Source: an uncultured delta proteobacterium | GTDB lineage: Bacteria; Desulfobacterota; Binatia; UBA9968 | Direction: 5' to 3' | Assembly (NCBI GenBank): GCA_963728565.1 | Contig: CAVSLC010000018.1 | Coordinates: 84,192-148,191, forward strand | Length of the DNA: 64,000 nucleotides | In this document: positions 1-9,465 of the stretch, piece after piece | How the letters are laid out: every line of letters begins with the position of its first letter | How positions within the stretch are numbered: the stretch's first letter is position 1 | The notes under the pieces: model-generated | What the model was told of the DNA's origin: nothing | Databases searched by the model: none | What the model saw: only the letters and a program-made list of their open reading frames with translations | Translations under genes and position numbers: made by a program

Positions 1-409
1 CATTGACTCCGTGCGTTGGGTTCCAGTAACGGCGCAGGCCGAAATAGTAACAGCAGCTATCGTTATCGAGATCGTTGTTAAAGCAGCGCAGTGCGCCGTC
101 TTGAAAGCGAATCCGGGCGAGACAGGTGCCGCCGGGCACCGAAGAAGTCATACATTCCATCACCACACCGATCCCCCAGTGTTCATAACGAAGATGCGTA
201 ACTTCGTCGCCAACCCCCAGAAAAAGCCGCTTTCGTTCCTTGAAAATTGAACTCTCTTCAGGGCGATTTTCAGTAACGGTGGGAGCAAGTTTTACTGTCG
301 AACACGCAGGCGGCGCTTTTGCTGGCTGCTCTTGCTCCGTCTGGGTATGATTTTTACGTCGTCGAGCGGGCTTCCTCGGTGTCGCTTCGTCCTTCTCAGT
401 GCGCTTCAC
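1..409 (-). CDS. Hypothetical protein with a C-terminal SH3-like, DUF3553-like domain; runs off the window start
   Basis: Manual translation from GTG at 409 shows no stop: ...LFLGVGDEVTHLRYEHWGIGVVMECMTSSVPGGTCLARIRFQDGALRCFNNDLDNDSCCYYFGLRRYW... It is absent from the ORF track because its stop lies outside the window. Confidence 0.6.
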   Translation of the reverse strand, partial: MKRTEKDEATPRKPARRRKNHTQTEQEQPAKAPPACSTVKLAPTVTENRPEESSIFKERKRLFLGVGDEVTHLRYEHWGIGVVMECMTSSVPGGTCLARIRFQDGALRCFNNDLDNDSCCYYFGLRRYWNPTHGVN

Positions 410-740
410 AAAAATTCCTTTAGCTTCAAAACGTTCTTAAAGAATTGCTCCTCGCTCAATTCACCCCTTCATATTCACCAAAATGCAGAGTGACAGTCAA
501 GCTCTGAAATTATGGGTAGATAAGCAGAACTCCGGCCAAGACTGAGTTGACAGCGAAAGGCGCGATCAGTATGAAGGCGAGAGGCGCGGGTTCCTTGGTA
601 GATTTTCCTGCGGCTGAACGTTTGCGACGAGATGAACTCGTAGCATTGAAGATCATCCGCAGGGTGTCATCGCGAGCCACGCCAGTGAACATGTTTGAAG
701 TGAGCCATGGAGACTAGGTTAAGGGAAATGATCCATACTT

Positions 741-1679
741 ATGCCTGACCAGCACACGCCTTGCGGTATCGAGCTTCCTCAGGTTTTTTTCGATGGTCCC
801 ACGGACATGGAACACATTCGCAGGTTCGCGATGCAAGCGGAGATGCTGGGTTACGACGGCCTATGGCTGCAGGAGCGGATCATCGGCGACTTCACCATGC
901 TCGAACCCGTGACACTGCTGAGCTATGTCGCCGGGATCACAACCAGACTGAAGTTGGGCACATCGGTCATTCTGTTGCCGCTGCGTAACCCGTTGCAGTT
1001 AGCCAAGGCGTATTCGAGCTTGGACGTGATGAGCCGCGGCCGCGCAATATTGGGCGTTGGGCTCGGCGGCGGTCATCTCGGATCTCATGAAGATGTCTTT
1101 GGCTATAGCCGGGAAGGGCGAGTGACACGCTTTACGGAAGCAGTGCAGATCATGAAGCTTCTTTGGACCGAGCCGACGGCGAGTTTTCAAGGCCGTTACT
1201 GGAGCTTCAAAGAAGTCTCCATGGAACCCAAACCGCTGCAGAAGCCGCACTTGCCGATCATCTTTGGCGGCCATCACGACAACGCGCTTCGCCGGGCGGT
1301 GAAGTCCGCCAATGGTTGGATGGGCGCAGGGTCGTCTTCCTCCGCATCTTTCATTCGCGAGGCGGCACGGATTCGTATTTTCTTAGACCAGGCGCAGCGC
1401 GATCCGGCTAGCTTTCATTTTGCCAAGAGAGTCTATCTCGCAGTCGACAAGGACAAGGCTCGCGGCGAGAAGCGTATCCGAGAATGGTTTGCTCGACGTT
1501 ACAAAAACGCTGATTTGGGACCGAAGGTCTCGATCTGGGGTAGCAGCGCCGAATGCGCCGAAAAAATTCAAGAGATCGTCCATGCCGGCGCGCAGCACAT
1601 TGTCTTTAATCCCATGTTCGATGAGATGGAGCATTTGGAAATCTGCGCCAAAGAGATCATGCCACATTTGTGTGAGTGA
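741..1679 (+). CDS. LLM class flavin-dependent oxidoreductase (luciferase-like monooxygenase family)
   Basis: Motifs AEMLGYDGLWLQE, LEPVTLLSYVAGITTRLKLGTSVILLPLRNPLQLAK, LDVMSRGRAILGVGLG, PKPLQKPHLPIIFGG. Confidence 0.92.
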   Translation: MPDQHTPCGIELPQVFFDGPTDMEHIRRFAMQAEMLGYDGLWLQERIIGDFTMLEPVTLLSYVAGITTRLKLGTSVILLPLRNPLQLAKAYSSLDVMSRGRAILGVGLGGGHLGSHEDVFGYSREGRVTRFTEAVQIMKLLWTEPTASFQGRYWSFKEVSMEPKPLQKPHLPIIFGGHHDNALRRAVKSANGWMGAGSSSSASFIREAARIRIFLDQAQRDPASFHFAKRVYLAVDKDKARGEKRIREWFARRYKNADLGPKVSIWGSSAECAEKIQEIVHAGAQHIVFNPMFDEMEHLEICAKEIMPHLCE

Positions 1680-2224
1680 GATTAACTCAGAGAAATGATC
1701 GTACGAGGTCGGATTTTCTCGCGTACAGGCGTAAAGACGCCAACTGAAGAGGTAGTCTCACTAGGACGGACCCGTGGGTCTCTATATCTCCCGCTTTTTT
1801 AGAAATTGACAAAAGTTGCCGGTGACTCTTTCGGGTTAAGGCTTGTCAGGACGCCCAACGGTTATGTGCCACGTGTCAGTTGGTAATGCGACCCCGCGAA
1901 CGGATGCGCGCGCCTTTCTTAGTCGCAGTGTCTGGTTCCGGTCGACCGTAAGCTTGCGGACGTGAAGCCGCTCGGGCGGTGCGCAACGTTATAGCGCATC
2001 GCCTGCCTGAGCCAGCTTCTGCGAGGGTGCAAAGCACTCCGCTCTCGCCACGAACCGGCTTCTAACAATCTTTGACTTTCAGGAGGTCAAGCAAATCGAT
2101 TCCGTCCTGTGCAGCGCGCCGCGCAGTTCCGTTAAGTTGAGTTTTGATCCTTGCTTACACAAGATCGGATGCGATAGAAGCGATCCATCTGATACTCGAC
2201 TCGCGTGAAGGGAGGAACTTGGGC

Positions 2225-3337
2225 ATGTCAAAAAATGGGCTTCGCGCCTTCGACAGCGATATGCATGTCTTCGAGCCGGCCGATTTGTACACGAAGTACA
2301 TGAATCCCAAATGGGGCGAGCGTATTCCGCGCGGCCAGCCGCGCACAAAGCACGGCATGACGCGCTATTTTTTAGGGAACGGCAAGCCGATTCGAGCGCC
2401 GAGCGACGTGGTGGATTTTCATGAAAGCCGCATGGCCGATCGCTTCAAGGAATCGCTGGCGCGGGATTACGACAATATTTCTCAACTGGCGGCCATGGAT
2501 AAGGAAGGTTTGGACATCGCAGTCCTGTTTCGCACTTCACCGCTCCACACTAACGAAAATTTTGAGCCGGAGTACGCCAATGATCTGTGCAAAGCATGGA
2601 ACGATTGGATGGCCGATTTTTGCAAAGCGGACTCCAGGCGTCTCAAAGGATCAGCGTTGATTACGCTCCACGACGTTGATCTTGCCGTGAAAGAAGCTAA
2701 ACGTTCCGTAAAGAACGGCGCAGTAGGTTTGTCGCTTTGTCCGGAGCCGATCAACGGCCGGCAGATTCACGATCGCTACTTCGATCCGCTATGGCACGAA
2801 GCGCAGGAAATGAACATTCCTATCTGTTTTCATCCGCCGGCGCGCCCGCAGCAGCCGCAGGTATCGAAAGACCGGTTCGAAGGCCATCCCAACCAGGCGC
2901 TTTTGGTCAATCCGCTGCGCAATCCGATCGAGCAGATTCTGGCGGTCAGCGCCTTCACTGCCGGCGGTGTGTTGGAACGTTTCCCGAAATTGAAAGTCGC
3001 ATTTCTCGAAGGCAACTGTAGCTGGCTACCCTGGCTGCTTTATCGGATTGATGAATACTGGGAGATGCAAGGCGCGATGGCAGACATTCCTTTGCGCAAG
3101 AAGCCCAGCGAGTATTTCAGGGAGCAGTGTTTTATCTCTGTGGATGTGGATGAAGCGCTGGTCAAAAACGTGATCGATTATTTGGGCGACGACAATATCG
3201 TGATCTCCACCGACTACCCGCACATTGATTGTCGCTGGCCGCATGCGCTCGATGAGTTTCTGAGGACGCCGATCAGCGAGCAATCAAAGAAAAAAATTCT
3301 CTGGGACAATTGCGTGCGGCTGTACAACCATCATTAA
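2225..3337 (+). CDS. Amidohydrolase family protein (Amidohydro_2, ACMSD/decarboxylase-like)
   Basis: DSDMH metal motif, ICFHP, VAFLEGNCSWLP, STDYPH, KILWDN. Start placed at ATG 2225 behind GGAGG rather than at 2144. Confidence 0.9.
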   Translation: MSKNGLRAFDSDMHVFEPADLYTKYMNPKWGERIPRGQPRTKHGMTRYFLGNGKPIRAPSDVVDFHESRMADRFKESLARDYDNISQLAAMDKEGLDIAVLFRTSPLHTNENFEPEYANDLCKAWNDWMADFCKADSRRLKGSALITLHDVDLAVKEAKRSVKNGAVGLSLCPEPINGRQIHDRYFDPLWHEAQEMNIPICFHPPARPQQPQVSKDRFEGHPNQALLVNPLRNPIEQILAVSAFTAGGVLERFPKLKVAFLEGNCSWLPWLLYRIDEYWEMQGAMADIPLRKKPSEYFREQCFISVDVDEALVKNVIDYLGDDNIVISTDYPHIDCRWPHALDEFLRTPISEQSKKKILWDNCVRLYNHH

Positions 3338-3358
3338 CCAATCGCGGAGGAACTCGCT

Positions 3359-4315
3359 ATGTGCCGTTCCGCATTCTGTGCAGCTGTAATTTTGGGCATT
3401 TTGCTGTTGGCATGCCAGACCGGCACCGCCCAAACCCGCCTGCGCGCGTCGTACGGTTCCCTAGCAGTCTCACAAGTGGTTTTGCCCTTGGGCGTCCGCG
3501 CCGGCATCTTTCAGAAAAATGGCCTCCATCTAGAACCTATCTATATCGGTGGCCGATCGGTCTCCGCCTTGATCAGCGGCGATGTGCAATTCGGCTTCAT
3601 GGGTGGTCCGCCAGCCATCCTCGCGCGCGTCAGTGGTGCCGATGTAGTCATGCTTGGCGGGTTGAATGGTCTCGATCAGATTCTTGTTGCTCTGCCGATC
3701 ATCAAACGCGGCGCCGATCTGGTCGGTAAGCGGGTCGGCATCAGCCGTTTCGGGACTACGGCGGATTATGGCGCTCGTATCGGGCTCAAGAAGCTGAAGC
3801 TGCAGGCGCAAAAAGATGTGACGTTGATCCAGATAGGAGACACGCCGGCGCGCATTGGAGGTATGTTGTCAGGGGCCATCGAGGCCGCGACGTTGAACAG
3901 CAGTGAAAAGGAGCTGGCCTTCAGGAATGGCTTTCACATCCTGGCTGATCCGAGCGATATCGAATTTCCCGGCAACGCAATCGTGACCACGCGGTCATTT
4001 ATGAAAACAAACAGGGAGGACGTGAAAAGATTCGTCCGCGCTTTGGTCGAAGTCATCGAGTTTGTGAAAACTCAGCCTGAGCGCGGCAAAAAATTGCTGC
4101 AAGAGATTTACCGCCAGAATGACGCGGCAGTGATTGCCAAGCGCTACGATGCCATGGTGGAGATGTTTCCCGACTATCCTTATTTAACCAAAGGTTCGGT
4201 GCTGTCATTCCTGGAAATACTGCGTGACGAAGGGAAATTGAAAGATCCGCTTTATCCTGAGCCATTTCTCGATACAAGCGTGTTGTCGGAAGTGGAGCGG
4301 GAGCGAAAAAAATAG
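3359..4315 (+). CDS. ABC-type substrate-binding protein, SsuA/NMT1/THI5-like
   Basis: Signal peptide; GIFQKNGL, ALISGDVQF, DLVGKRVGISRFGTTAD, DVTLIQIG. Confidence 0.88.
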   Translation: MCRSAFCAAVILGILLLACQTGTAQTRLRASYGSLAVSQVVLPLGVRAGIFQKNGLHLEPIYIGGRSVSALISGDVQFGFMGGPPAILARVSGADVVMLGGLNGLDQILVALPIIKRGADLVGKRVGISRFGTTADYGARIGLKKLKLQAQKDVTLIQIGDTPARIGGMLSGAIEAATLNSSEKELAFRNGFHILADPSDIEFPGNAIVTTRSFMKTNREDVKRFVRALVEVIEFVKTQPERGKKLLQEIYRQNDAAVIAKRYDAMVEMFPDYPYLTKGSVLSFLEILRDEGKLKDPLYPEPFLDTSVLSEVERERKK

Positions 4316-4380
4316 ATGGTTCGGAGTTCGGGGCGAAGGCATGATCGGAGCGCTTCAGCTTGAACTTCGAACGGAAGGTG

Positions 4381-5517
4381 TCAGCCTTCGATCCCGTAAA
4401 ATTTGACGCAGTTATCCCACAAAATCTTCCTGCGACTGTCCGCCGGCATCTCTTGATGAAAAAACTCCTGGGTGGCTTTGGGGAAGTCCGAGTCGCTGTG
4501 CGGATAGTCACTGGAGAAAACCAGATTGTCGTCGCCGATCAACTGGCAGACGTTGCCAATATCTGCTTCGTCGCCTTCGCAGCCAATTACGCACTGGCGT
4601 TGGAAATATTCACTGGGCTTCATCGTCAGCAGCGGTGCGTCATGCTTACCGAGCTGCTGCCAGTGCCGGTCCATGCGCTGCAGCCATGAAGGCGCCCAGC
4701 CGCAGTTGCATTCCAGGAAAGCGACTTTCAGCCGCTCAAATCGTTCCAACACACCGCCGACGATGATATCGACCATTGTCACCATTTGGCCGGTGACATG
4801 GGTACAGATGTGACGCAGCAAGCGGTTGCCTACGCCGAACCGTTCAAGATGGGGGTAGTGTCCTGAGTTAGTGCATTCGTGAAAGCCGACGGTCATGGCT
4901 GTCTCTTCCAGTTCCGCCCATAAAGGCTCCCAGTAGACGCTGAACCAAGTTTGTCCCGGCAAGGGCGTGGCGCGCAGGAACGCAGTTACGAATCCGAGCT
5001 TCTCTCTGGCGCGGCGTGCTTCGCGCACGGCAAGCGAAACATCGTGCGGCGGCAGCAGCGCGGCGCCGAAAAGTCGCTTGGGATTTTCCTGGCAGAAATC
5101 GTGGAGCCAGTCGTTGTAAGCGCGGCAGATCGCTTCGGCGAGCAGCGGGTCCATGTCCGGCATCGTCATGATGTGCAGGCACGCGGTGGGGAAGAGCACG
5201 GCCACGTCGATGCCTTCGATATCCATCGCTTCGAGCTGCGACTTGGCGTTGAAATTTTGCTTGCGTGCGAAGTCGATGACATCCCCGCGGGTGTTGTTTC
5301 GCCTGCCGCTGATCATGCGTACGTCGTGGGCCAAGGTCGGACTATTTTGGCGCGGTTCTTTACCGTCCACCATCAGCAGGTTTAAATCGCCGCGCGTAGG
5401 TACGCGCACCGGCCGGGGCGCGCGCTCTTTGAAGCGCGGGTCGATGTATTTTTCCCAAAGATCCAGCGGTTCCATGATATGCATGTCTGAGTCGATGATC
5501 TTAAATCCATTCTTCAT
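4381..5517 (-). CDS. Amidohydrolase family protein (Amidohydro_2), paralog of 2225..3337
   Basis: MKNGFKIIDSDMHIMEP, VGFHE, VAFLECNCGW, SSDYPH, KILWDN; start at ATG 5517. Confidence 0.9.
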   Translation of the reverse strand: MKNGFKIIDSDMHIMEPLDLWEKYIDPRFKERAPRPVRVPTRGDLNLLMVDGKEPRQNSPTLAHDVRMISGRRNNTRGDVIDFARKQNFNAKSQLEAMDIEGIDVAVLFPTACLHIMTMPDMDPLLAEAICRAYNDWLHDFCQENPKRLFGAALLPPHDVSLAVREARRAREKLGFVTAFLRATPLPGQTWFSVYWEPLWAELEETAMTVGFHECTNSGHYPHLERFGVGNRLLRHICTHVTGQMVTMVDIIVGGVLERFERLKVAFLECNCGWAPSWLQRMDRHWQQLGKHDAPLLTMKPSEYFQRQCVIGCEGDEADIGNVCQLIGDDNLVFSSDYPHSDSDFPKATQEFFHQEMPADSRRKILWDNCVKFYGIEG

Positions 5518-5656
5518 TGGTCTTCCCCACTTCAAGATGACGCCGTTTCGATATTTCCAACTACAACTAGCGCGGAGGCGCTGTCAACCATCACCTTGAC
5601 ATGAGCGAACCGGGAGTAATAGAAATTCGCACAGCGAGTCACAGGGAGTCGGCACG

Positions 5657-6673
5657 ATGGCATCAGACGTTTGTAAATCAGTATATCGGCGTAAACCAAG
5701 AACAGCGATCTTTCTCTCGGTCGTGATGCTGCTATTCGGTAGCGCAGTCCGAGAGGCTTTTGCCGGGAGTGCCGCCGAGCCCACGCGCTTGCGCATCAGC
5801 ATTCCCGGCGTCGGCTCATCGTCTTATCCTCTGATAATGGCGCAGAAGAAAGGTTATTTTCGCGCCGAAGGCTATGAAGTCGAGCTGATCCCGATGGCAG
5901 CCGGACTCGCGGTAAAGACGTTACTCGCCGGCGAAGTCGGTGTCACTGCCGCGGGCACTGTACTGGCCAACTTGCAAGGCGCGAAGGTGCGCGTGGTGAT
6001 GGGTTTTATCCGCGAACTTCCGTACGATCTCGTGGTGCCGCCGGAGATCAGACGGGTCGAAGATCTGCGCGGCAAAAAAATCGCGGTGGCCGACCGCGGC
6101 AGCGTGACTTTCTTCGTCGTGCGGGCGATTTTGCAAGCGCATGGCATGGAGCCGGATCGGGATGTCACGTTACTCAACATGGGTACGCCGGCAGTACGTC
6201 ATCAAGCGCTCCTGGCCGGGATTGTTCACGGCGTAGTGGCGAACTTTGACGGTACCGCTCTGCTGGCCGACCGCGGTTACCGTTCCGTGGCGAAGGCGGG
6301 CAGGTTCATGAAAGGCTTCGCTGGGTCGCTCTCGGTGACGCAAGAACATTTGGAGAAGCGGCCTGATGAAGTGTTCCGAGCCGTACGCGCTACGCTGAAA
6401 GGTATTCGTGCCTACCTGGAGCAGCGTGACGAAGCGATCAAGTACAGTTCGGCATGGACCAAGATCTCAGCGGACAATGCGGCGAAAGTTCACGAGCTGA
6501 TGTCGGCTGGCGCATTGGCGCCGGATGGTCTGCTAGATCGCGAGACCATGGAATCCGTGATACAGGAATCCCGTGAAGTCGCCGGGGTTAAACGCGCGGT
6601 CAAGCTCGACGAAGTTTTCGACTTCCGTCTTGTCCAGCGCGCCAATGACGAACTGCGGAGCTGGCGGCCATAG
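5657..6673 (+). CDS. ABC-type substrate-binding protein, SsuA/NMT1/THI5-like
   Basis: Signal-like N-terminus; AQKKGYFRAEGYEVELI, EDLRGKKIAV, DVTLLNMG, VFDFRLV. Confidence 0.88.
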   Translation: MASDVCKSVYRRKPRTAIFLSVVMLLFGSAVREAFAGSAAEPTRLRISIPGVGSSSYPLIMAQKKGYFRAEGYEVELIPMAAGLAVKTLLAGEVGVTAAGTVLANLQGAKVRVVMGFIRELPYDLVVPPEIRRVEDLRGKKIAVADRGSVTFFVVRAILQAHGMEPDRDVTLLNMGTPAVRHQALLAGIVHGVVANFDGTALLADRGYRSVAKAGRFMKGFAGSLSVTQEHLEKRPDEVFRAVRATLKGIRAYLEQRDEAIKYSSAWTKISADNAAKVHELMSAGALAPDGLLDRETMESVIQESREVAGVKRAVKLDEVFDFRLVQRANDELRSWRP

Positions 6674-6957
6674 TTAAGCGAGCGCAAACGCGTTGCTTTA
6701 AAGTTGCGAAAAACAAAATCGCTGCGAACATTGTCGCGATGGACCTGTCTCATGGTTTCTCGCTTATGCGCGATCGAAGCCGACGACCCGCGCACACGTT
6801 TTGACGCCCGTGGCAGTATGCTAAGGCGACACAACAGGAGTTGCTTGTCGTCGTCCGAGTGAATGTGCAGCAAGGGTTATCGAGAAATCCGGTTCGATAG
6901 GACGCTTGGAACCATCGCTTAGCGAATGACACAGTCTAAAGTGGGAAAAGGATAACC

Positions 6958-7746
6958 ATGGATCTAGGACTGCGGCGGAAGGTGGCTGTTGTGAGCGGTT
7001 CCAGTGATGGCATCGGCTATGCTGTGGCGCATTCTTTGGCCCAGGAGGGTGCGCGAATTGTTCTGTGTGCCAGACGTGAGCCGCTCCTCGCCGAGGCGCG
7101 AAGAACCATTGAGAAGGAAACTGGCGCCGAAGTTTTGGCGGTAACCTGCGATGTTCAACGCCTGGACGAGGTCCAGCATTTAGTCGCGGAAGTCATGCAG
7201 CGCTTCGGCGTGATCAATATTTTGGTCAACAACGCCGGGAGCGTTCCAAGTATACGCTTTGCCGATATCGACGATGCTCAGTGGTATCGGATGCTGGAAG
7301 GAAAATTGCTCGGCTATATTCGGATGACCCGAGAGATCGCGCCACACATGCGCAAGGTTGGGTGGGGCCGGATCATTAACATTGCCGGGACCGCCGGCTG
7401 GGAGCCAAGCGGTACCGCGATGGCAGTGGGTCTGAACAATGCCGCGGTGATGAACTGGACGAAGTCGTTGTCTCTCAATTATGCCGACGACGGCATTTTG
7501 GTGACGGCGGTGGCGCCGGGGTCCATCGAGACGCCGCGGCAAATTCGCAATCGCCAACGCGAGGCGGATATAACCGGCAGGAATCTCGAAGAGATCCGCA
7601 AGGCGCGCGCGCAGGAAATTCCGCTGCACCGGCTGGGCCGAGCCGAGGAAGTGGCTAATGTCGTTGTCTTTCTCGCATCAGAACGGTCCAGCTATATGAC
7701 CGGTACCTGCGTGACCGTGGATGGCGGCGTGGTGCGGGGGATTTGA
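6958..7746 (+). CDS. SDR family NAD(P)-dependent oxidoreductase
   Basis: VAVVSGSSDGIG, ILVNNAG, GRIINI, VAPGSIET, YMTGTCVTVDGG. The canonical YxxxK is not present (VGLNN in its place), as in atypical SDRs. Confidence 0.9.
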   Translation: MDLGLRRKVAVVSGSSDGIGYAVAHSLAQEGARIVLCARREPLLAEARRTIEKETGAEVLAVTCDVQRLDEVQHLVAEVMQRFGVINILVNNAGSVPSIRFADIDDAQWYRMLEGKLLGYIRMTREIAPHMRKVGWGRIINIAGTAGWEPSGTAMAVGLNNAAVMNWTKSLSLNYADDGILVTAVAPGSIETPRQIRNRQREADITGRNLEEIRKARAQEIPLHRLGRAEEVANVVVFLASERSSYMTGTCVTVDGGVVRGI

Positions 7747-7847
7747 TCGCACACAGGTTAGATCCGGGCTGGCCGGCGTGAGTACCACGGCTGGAGATGG
7801 CCGGCGTCATGGCATCGTCGGATGATCCAGCGAGAGTCGAAGTCAGC

Positions 7848-7883
7848 GCAGAGTTTTCACTACCGGAGTAGAGTAAACACTAC
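7848..7883. promoter_or_regulatory. Two tandem imperfect-palindromic boxes; candidate enhancer (UAS) for a sigma-54 activator
   Basis: GCAGAGTTTTCACTAC (7848-7863) and GTAGAGTAAACACTAC (7868-7883), 20 bp apart and about 100-135 bp upstream of the sigma-54 site. Confidence 0.55.
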
Positions 7884-7980
7884 CCTTCGGGTGTGAAGTC
7901 GCCTCCCAAATCACATCCTTGCTGTTTCAGATTCCTTGCTCATCCAAGGCCTTACTCCATCGAGATTGATCTTGTCTGAG

Positions 7981-7995
7981 TGGCACGACGGTTGC
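7981..7995 (+). promoter_or_regulatory. Sigma-54 (RpoN) -24/-12 promoter
   Basis: TGGCACGACGGTTGC is an exact match to TGGCAC-N5-TTGC; intergenic and oriented toward 8161. Confidence 0.85.
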
Positions 7996-8160
7996 GCTTC
8001 CAATCGGCACCGGTAGGTTCGCTGCCTTGACGATACCGGTCATCTGATAATTCAGATCCTACTACTTCAGCAAGGAGGAGGAGCCATGACCTAACTCACT
8101 TAGCCGGCCCCGCGTAAAACGATTGATCTGAAACATGACATTTAACACAGGAGGATAGTT

Positions 8161-9465
8161 ATGAAGTCACGATGGATTGGACTAATCGTCTTCCTTTCGT
8201 TTACAGCTATCTTCTTTTCCCTGGCCGCGATGTCCATTCGAGATCTGGGCGATCACTCTGCCTGGGCAGATGATGACGATAAGCTGCCGTTTCCGAAGAA
8301 CGCGACGGTTACGACTCTGATCACAACACCCCGATCAATCGAGGGGTTGACGGGAGACAATCATGATAACTTATATACCGGTGGTTGGGGTGCGTCTCCT
8401 TGCCCTGTTTGGAAAATCAACCTCCACAAGCCTAGTCTCGTTCCAGTTGGATTTATACAATCCGCCGAAAACTGCATTCTCCTGGGAATTGCATTTAACG
8501 AGAACGGCGACCTTTTCGTGGCTGACGGCCTTGCCGGGATCGTCTACACATTTACCCCAAACAGCCAGACTCCGCCCAGCGCCGTAATTTTCGCTTCTGC
8601 TCCGGGAGCCAACAGCATGGCCTTCGATAAGAAGGGAAACCTCTGGCTGACTGATGGGACTACGGGCCAGGGCAGAGTTTGGAAAATAACCGGCCCGGGC
8701 GCCAACTGTACATCGACGCCGGCAGTTAACTGCGAAGAAGTTTTTCGTGTCCAACCGATGGCCAATGAGGTCAATCTAAATGCGGCCGGAGTGGGTGGTG
8801 TGGGACGTGACGTCCGTGTCCTGCCCCAAGGTATGATCACCGTGACACCGACGTCGCGCAACGCCGCCGACACTCTCGCTTCGCAGCCGCTGGTGGCCAA
8901 TGGCATCGCCTTCGACAAAAATGGAGATACACTATTCATCGCCGATACGGCGCGAGGAGCCATCTGGAAGGCGACGTTCAGCCCCAACGGCGACTTAAAA
9001 AGCAAGACCGGCTGCGATACCACCTTCACGCCCAACACCCTTTGTCTGGACAATGTCTTTGTCGCGCATCCCTACCTCGAAAGTGCTGACGGGATCGTAT
9101 TGGATCAAGGCGAAAACATATGGGTCAGTCTTCCCGAACGCCAAGCCATCGTAGTTGTGACGAAGAACGGGAAAGTGATTGAAGTGTTCCGTAATCCGGT
9201 CAACTCACCGAGCGGGATTGGTCTAAGGAACGCGGGTGATCAATCAGTAGGAAACAACCACATTCTTGAATCTCCAACGGTTCCCTTCCTGATGGGAAAG
9301 GTGTTCTGCACGGCTCAGGATGATACGGGCAGGCGGGATAATTCCCCCCGACGGGAAGGCGAAGTCAGTGGCGGCCAACCCCAAGATGGCGCAATTCCTC
9401 TGGCCAAGATCTCCTGCATGGATCAAGAGTTAAAAATTTCTGGTCTACGCTTACCCATCGACTAG
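8161..9465 (+). CDS. Secreted beta-propeller protein, SMP-30/gluconolactonase/NHL-like
   Basis: Signal peptide; blade repeats IEGLTGD, GIAFNENGDLFVAD, NSMAFDKKGNLWLTD, NGIAFDKNGDTLFIADT, DGIVLDQGENIWV; SD AGGAGG. Confidence 0.8.
   Translation: MKSRWIGLIVFLSFTAIFFSLAAMSIRDLGDHSAWADDDDKLPFPKNATVTTLITTPRSIEGLTGDNHDNLYTGGWGASPCPVWKINLHKPSLVPVGFIQSAENCILLGIAFNENGDLFVADGLAGIVYTFTPNSQTPPSAVIFASAPGANSMAFDKKGNLWLTDGTTGQGRVWKITGPGANCTSTPAVNCEEVFRVQPMANEVNLNAAGVGGVGRDVRVLPQGMITVTPTSRNAADTLASQPLVANGIAFDKNGDTLFIADTARGAIWKATFSPNGDLKSKTGCDTTFTPNTLCLDNVFVAHPYLESADGIVLDQGENIWVSLPERQAIVVVTKNGKVIEVFRNPVNSPSGIGLRNAGDQSVGNNHILESPTVPFLMGKVFCTAQDDTGRRDNSPRREGEVSGGQPQDGAIPLAKISCMDQELKISGLRLPID

Noticed and set aside
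1744-1751. CTGAAGAG resembling the hammerhead ribozyme core CUGANGA
   Set aside because: No stem II followed by GAAA and no matching stem I/III could be built.
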